A stretch of DNA of 32,000 bases. It comes from Raphidiopsis brookii D9. GTDB taxonomy: Bacteria; Cyanobacteriota; Cyanobacteriia; Cyanobacteriales; Nostocaceae. Under the pieces are notes generated by a model that ran no database searches, had not been told where the DNA came from, and worked only from the letters and a program-made list of their open reading frames with translations. Position numbers and translations under genes: made by a program. Shown piece by piece: positions 28,642 through 32,000 of this stretch (position 1 is its first letter; every line of letters starts with the position of its first letter). Where the stretch lies: assembly GCA_000175855.1 (NCBI GenBank), contig ACYB01000037.1, forward strand, positions 100,451-132,450, written 5' to 3'.

Positions 28642-30255
28642 ATGAATATACTTGATCAGATCACTAATGGTATCCATATAGGAAATAACCTCATGAATCC
28701 AGAAACCCAAACTTCTCTAAAAGTAGCCATGCGCAAAATAATCCATAGCTCCCAAATAAAACCGGAAGCAGTGGAGGTAATTGTAAGCGGACTGCAAAAT
28801 AGTGAAATTAGCGCTGAAGATTGGGAAGACCTTTTCAACAGAGAGGGGGCTAATATTGCCATTAAACAAAAAGTTTATAGCCCCCAACTAATACGACTAA
28901 TAACACTTAGAGCATTAGTTCTTCCAAAAACCTTGCCAGAATTTCTCGGTTGGTTGGAAATTCAACCAGGTAAGAAGGTCAACCAAAACCAGATAGTGTG
29001 TTTACAGTTTCAACAAACCATTAAGGAATTATTTCCTAGGGAGAAGGTACTAGAAAGCATTGGATATTTATTGCCCAGTTTACTTGATGGTAAGATATCA
29101 CCAGATGGCTTATCTTGGTTATTGCAAAAAGGTGATAATAGTATATGGAGTTACGCTCAAGAACAGTTTATTCATAATATTAAATATGATCTATTGTTAA
29201 TTGGTGATCACCACCCTAAATCAAAAGAAAACATTTCTCATCAGACATCCTTTAAATTTGGATCACAAGTCTGGAATCAATTAATTACAAGTTGGCAAGA
29301 TATTAAAAAAGGTAATTATAAATGTCAACAATATCGACCTTTAGCTCAATTCTGTGAGCAATTGCAAGAATACGACTTAGCTGCATATTTTTATCAGATC
29401 AGTAACAGCAAAGTTGGCAAAAAACTATTCGTCCAGTTATGCCTTTTAAAAAATTGCCAGTCACCAGTTGTTTTTGGTTTAACCATTGAAAAAAGAAAAC
29501 CCCCAATTGATGTCATAATTAATGTTATTAACCAGGATGTAGATATGAAAATTTTGTATGTTGCTCCCATATCACTACTAATATTAGGTAGTGGTTGGTT
29601 TGTTGGTTCCAGAACTTGGCATTCTTACATCAACACCAGTGAAGCTAAGGAATATTTGTGCAAGCAATCAGTTAATGGTCGGGACTGTTCAGTAATAGTT
29701 TTTGACGGCAAAGATCACTATTCCTTTCAGGATATTCAAACAGCAATTACTAAAGTGGTGGATGAAGTTTGGCAAGGGAAGCAAAAATCGAAACTAAAAA
29801 ATTCTAATATGCAAGAAAAAATTACAAGAACACTGCCACTAATTTTGGCAGACAAAACACTCAAATATAAGGATTTGCAGCTGAGTACAGGTAAAATAGA
29901 GCCAAAGATTGAAAGACAATGGATAATTGCCGTGTATAATTATCAACTTAAACACAAGCTACAGAAAAAAATAACTCCACAAAAAGGTGAGGAGTGTAAG
30001 GGAAGTAATATATTTGGGTTATGTTTATTAGGAGAGAAAGTTAAAAAAATTAGTATAGATTATTCTCCATTGGAAAAACGATTAAAAGCTGATATCAATA
30101 AGGTGATGACACTGACAGCTATAAATGAAGCTATGGGAAAAAGATATTGGAGTGCAACTAAGTATGCGATTAACACAATTATATTAACGACAATCAAAAA
30201 CAATAATTTGGATAATAATCCAGAAAAAAACAAAATCGGCAATTTCAGATCCTAA
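28642..30255 (+). CDS. Large single-pass membrane protein B (paralog of A, lacking the N-terminal domain)
   Basis: Collinear with A from SSQIKPEAVEVIV onward, with the same TM helix (about 29551-29612) and post-TM module. ATG at 28642 is preferred; the longest ORF begins at a TTG at 28597. Confidence 0.8.
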   Translation: MNILDQITNGIHIGNNLMNPETQTSLKVAMRKIIHSSQIKPEAVEVIVSGLQNSEISAEDWEDLFNREGANIAIKQKVYSPQLIRLITLRALVLPKTLPEFLGWLEIQPGKKVNQNQIVCLQFQQTIKELFPREKVLESIGYLLPSLLDGKISPDGLSWLLQKGDNSIWSYAQEQFIHNIKYDLLLIGDHHPKSKENISHQTSFKFGSQVWNQLITSWQDIKKGNYKCQQYRPLAQFCEQLQEYDLAAYFYQISNSKVGKKLFVQLCLLKNCQSPVVFGLTIEKRKPPIDVIINVINQDVDMKILYVAPISLLILGSGWFVGSRTWHSYINTSEAKEYLCKQSVNGRDCSVIVFDGKDHYSFQDIQTAITKVVDEVWQGKQKSKLKNSNMQEKITRTLPLILADKTLKYKDLQLSTGKIEPKIERQWIIAVYNYQLKHKLQKKITPQKGEECKGSNIFGLCLLGEKVKKISIDYSPLEKRLKADINKVMTLTAINEAMGKRYWSATKYAINTIILTTIKNNNLDNNPEKNKIGNFRS

Positions 30256-30313
30256 ACCATCTGCTGAAGGAGAGTCCATAAAATTACCGGAAGAACAGAC
30301 ATTAACAAAGGAT

Positions 30314-30559
30314 TTGATATTTGAGCTAATACTTAAAAACTTGGATGTAAACCAGTACAAAAGTATTAAATATGGTGACTTTAATACAGATAAAATTCAA
30401 CAGACTCACAAAAGAAGGATTGCTCAGTCTATCTATAAGTTCCAAGAGTCACAAAAAAACCCTCAACCAACAGGATACTTAGACTATAAATCAGCAGAGT
30501 TCGGCGAATTGAAACGTAAAATATCTGAACAACTACCAATATCGAATACTCCTCTCTAG
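30314..30559 (+). CDS. Small ORF trailing the cluster; may be a detached C-terminal extension of protein B
   Basis: An 81-codon ORF with only a TTG start. Its frame is open upstream to 30188, overlapping the end of protein B. It contains RRIAQSIYKFQESQKNPQPTGYLDYKSAEFGEL. Confidence 0.35.
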   Translation: MIFELILKNLDVNQYKSIKYGDFNTDKIQQTHKRRIAQSIYKFQESQKNPQPTGYLDYKSAEFGELKRKISEQLPISNTPL

Positions 30560-30726
30560 ACCACCAAGATATTAACTGAAGTTTAGACTAAAGACAGGAG
30601 CGATCGCTTGTCTAATAGATAATGATGGATGATGTTGGCTTTCGTTTTGGCAGAGGCTAAAAAACAATATTCTTCATGTTATTTCTGGTAATATGCTTCA
30701 GGGACAGTTTTTAAAAACCTTAATCA

Positions 30727-31596
30727 ATGGAATCCAATATCTTTACATCCCTGATATTACCTATCGCCTTAGGAGCAATGATGCTTGGTATGGGTTTATC
30801 CCTTGTGCCAGAAGACTTTCAGCGAGTGGGTAAATATCCAAAAGCTGTGGCAATTGGGTTAATCAGCCAGTTACTCATACTACCCCTCATTGGGTTAGCG
30901 ATCGCAAAGTTTTTACCCATGCAACCTGCGATCGCTACAGGTTTGATGATTTTGGCCTTATGTCCAGGGGGGGTCTCCTCAAATTTGGTGACATTTTTAG
31001 CAATGGGTGATGTAGCTTTAAGCGTTACACTGACAGCCTTGAGTAGTTTAATTACCGTATTTACGATTCCCATTTTTGCAAATCTGGCTAGTCAACATTT
31101 TTTTTGGGCAAGGTGCAGTAGTGGAGTTGCCAATTGGAACGACTATTGGGCAAATTTTTGCAATTACCTTCTTACCAATAGCGATTGGTATGAGTATTCG
31201 GCAATTTGTGCCAAAACTGTCTACAAAACTAGAAAGGTGACTAGTATCTCTGCTACCATACTATTAGCAGTAATTATTTTGTTGCTGATCATTAAAGAAT
31301 GGAGCCGCCTACCGAATTTTATTGTTCAAGTTGGGATCGGTGTTTTGCTGTTAAATACTCTTTCAATGGGGGCGGGATTCTATTTGAGCAAACTTTTTAA
31401 TCTTAATTACAAGCAACAAATTTGTATCAGCATTGAGGTGGGTATGCAAAACGGAACTCTGGCGATCGCCATTACTGCAGGATTGCTTAATAATCCAGAC
31501 ATGGCAATTCCTGGAGCAATTTATAGCTTGCTGATGTATTTGACGGGATGTATGGTGATCATCTATGGGCGTAATTTGTCTGCATCCAGAGTATAA
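30727..31596 (+). CDS. Bile acid:Na+ symporter (BASS) family transporter; open frame with an internally frame-swapped ~44-codon segment
   Basis: The N-terminal part (LGMGLSL...LILALCPGGVSSNLVTFLAMGDVALSVTLTA) and the C-terminal part (ISIEVGMQNGTLAIAIT) are BASS-like. Codons covering 31105-31239 read WARCSSGVANWNDYW..., while the adjacent frame reads GQGAVVELPIGTTIGQIFAITFLPIAIGMSIRQF, which is BASS-like. Confidence 0.75.
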   Translation: MESNIFTSLILPIALGAMMLGMGLSLVPEDFQRVGKYPKAVAIGLISQLLILPLIGLAIAKFLPMQPAIATGLMILALCPGGVSSNLVTFLAMGDVALSVTLTALSSLITVFTIPIFANLASQHFFWARCSSGVANWNDYWANFCNYLLTNSDWYEYSAICAKTVYKTRKVTSISATILLAVIILLLIIKEWSRLPNFIVQVGIGVLLLNTLSMGAGFYLSKLFNLNYKQQICISIEVGMQNGTLAIAITAGLLNNPDMAIPGAIYSLLMYLTGCMVIIYGRNLSASRV

Positions 31597-31646
31597 GAGA
31601 TAGCTATTATTCTATAGAAAATCTCCACACCGGGTGAGTAGCTTAA

Positions 31647-31784
31647 TATTTGTTATTAACCGTTATTCATCACCAAGAAAGTTCCAGTCGTCAAAACACA
31701 GTTGATGCTCTAGAACAAATAATTGTCAAACTAAAGAGTAGGGGATTTGAGTTCGCTACTCTTAGTGAAACTATTTTGGGTTAA
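31647..31784 (+). pseudogene. C-terminal remnant of a polysaccharide deacetylase (NodB-type) gene
   Basis: An open frame without a start reads ILLLTVIHHQESSSRQNTVDALEQIIVKLKSRGFEFATLSETILG*. This resembles the usual C-terminal end of NodB-homology deacetylases (..HD....T..AL..II..LK..GY.F.TL.E). No upstream part is present. Confidence 0.35.
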
Positions 31785-32000
31785 ACTTTTTTGTGCAAGA
31801 TTCTCCTTCATCTAAAAACCTGTCCATATTGTCCGGATCACCATGCACTGCCCAATATGCTACTGTTGTATATGCATGGTTTTTTGCTGGCATAATTCAC
31901 GGGGCGATCGCTTGATTACTTAATTTTCTATTATAATTATACAATCTAGCTGCATGACAGCTTATCTAATAGTTTTAGATATTATATAATTGGGTAATTG

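Noticed and set aside
23819-30242. Antisense ORFs inside the candidate cluster (23819..24118, 25649..26098, 25702..25887, 26596..26796, 27628..27816, 28656..28862, 30060..30242)
   Set aside because: Each is embedded opposite a longer ORF that has paralog support. None has a motif or a plausible start context.
30591-30612. Hairpin AGACAGGAGCGATCGCTTGTCT after the cluster, and a similar HIP1-centred element near 28580-28600
   Set aside because: The stems are built around the palindromic HIP1 site, which is ubiquitous in this genome. No U-tract follows, so I do not call them terminators.
1-32000. Searched for CRISPR arrays, transposases, integrases, IS ends and long inverted or direct repeats flanking the GTPase cluster
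   Set aside because: None was found by eye. The only repeats are HIP1 octamers, two short tandem duplications and the paralog-paralog identity tracts.

Overview
AT-rich cyanobacterial chromosome segment. The HIP1 octamer GCGATCGC occurs at least 19 times by eye (for example 2365, 3558, 3795, 8591, 17731, 17756, 23644, 25340, 30898, 30928), which is a cyanobacterial hallmark. Gene content looks like a filamentous, Nostocales-type genome, but that is inference. Positions 1-23500 are ordinary core genes: a sugar-phosphate isomerase fragment, a YciI-like gene, SRP RNA, queF, a non-canonical pyruvate-kinase-like gene, an ATP-grasp ligase, a sucrase/ferredoxin-like gene, crcB, a DnaJ-pentapeptide protein, trmFO, tRNA-Arg(CCG), an AapJQM/NatFGH-type amino-acid ABC importer without its ATPase, a STAS-fused priming sugar transferase, a PhzF-like gene and a TPR gene. 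They are followed by a minus-strand cobalamin operon (cobG-like, cobH, cobI, cbiG-cobJ fusion) behind a cobalamin riboswitch. The standout is a roughly 7 kb same-strand cluster at 23607-30559. It holds three paralogous small P-loop GTPase-like genes, two paralogous large single-pass membrane proteins with no recognisable catalytic motif, and a small trailing ORF. I cannot place this cluster in any characterised system and report it as the candidate novel system. A bile-acid/Na+ symporter family gene and a deacetylase remnant follow. Caveat: at least five reading-frame disruptions sit in homopolymer runs (pyruvate-kinase tail, cbiG, third GTPase, two in the symporter). Assembly indel error cannot be separated from real gene decay using the sequence alone. 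No CRISPR array, transposase or integrase was seen.
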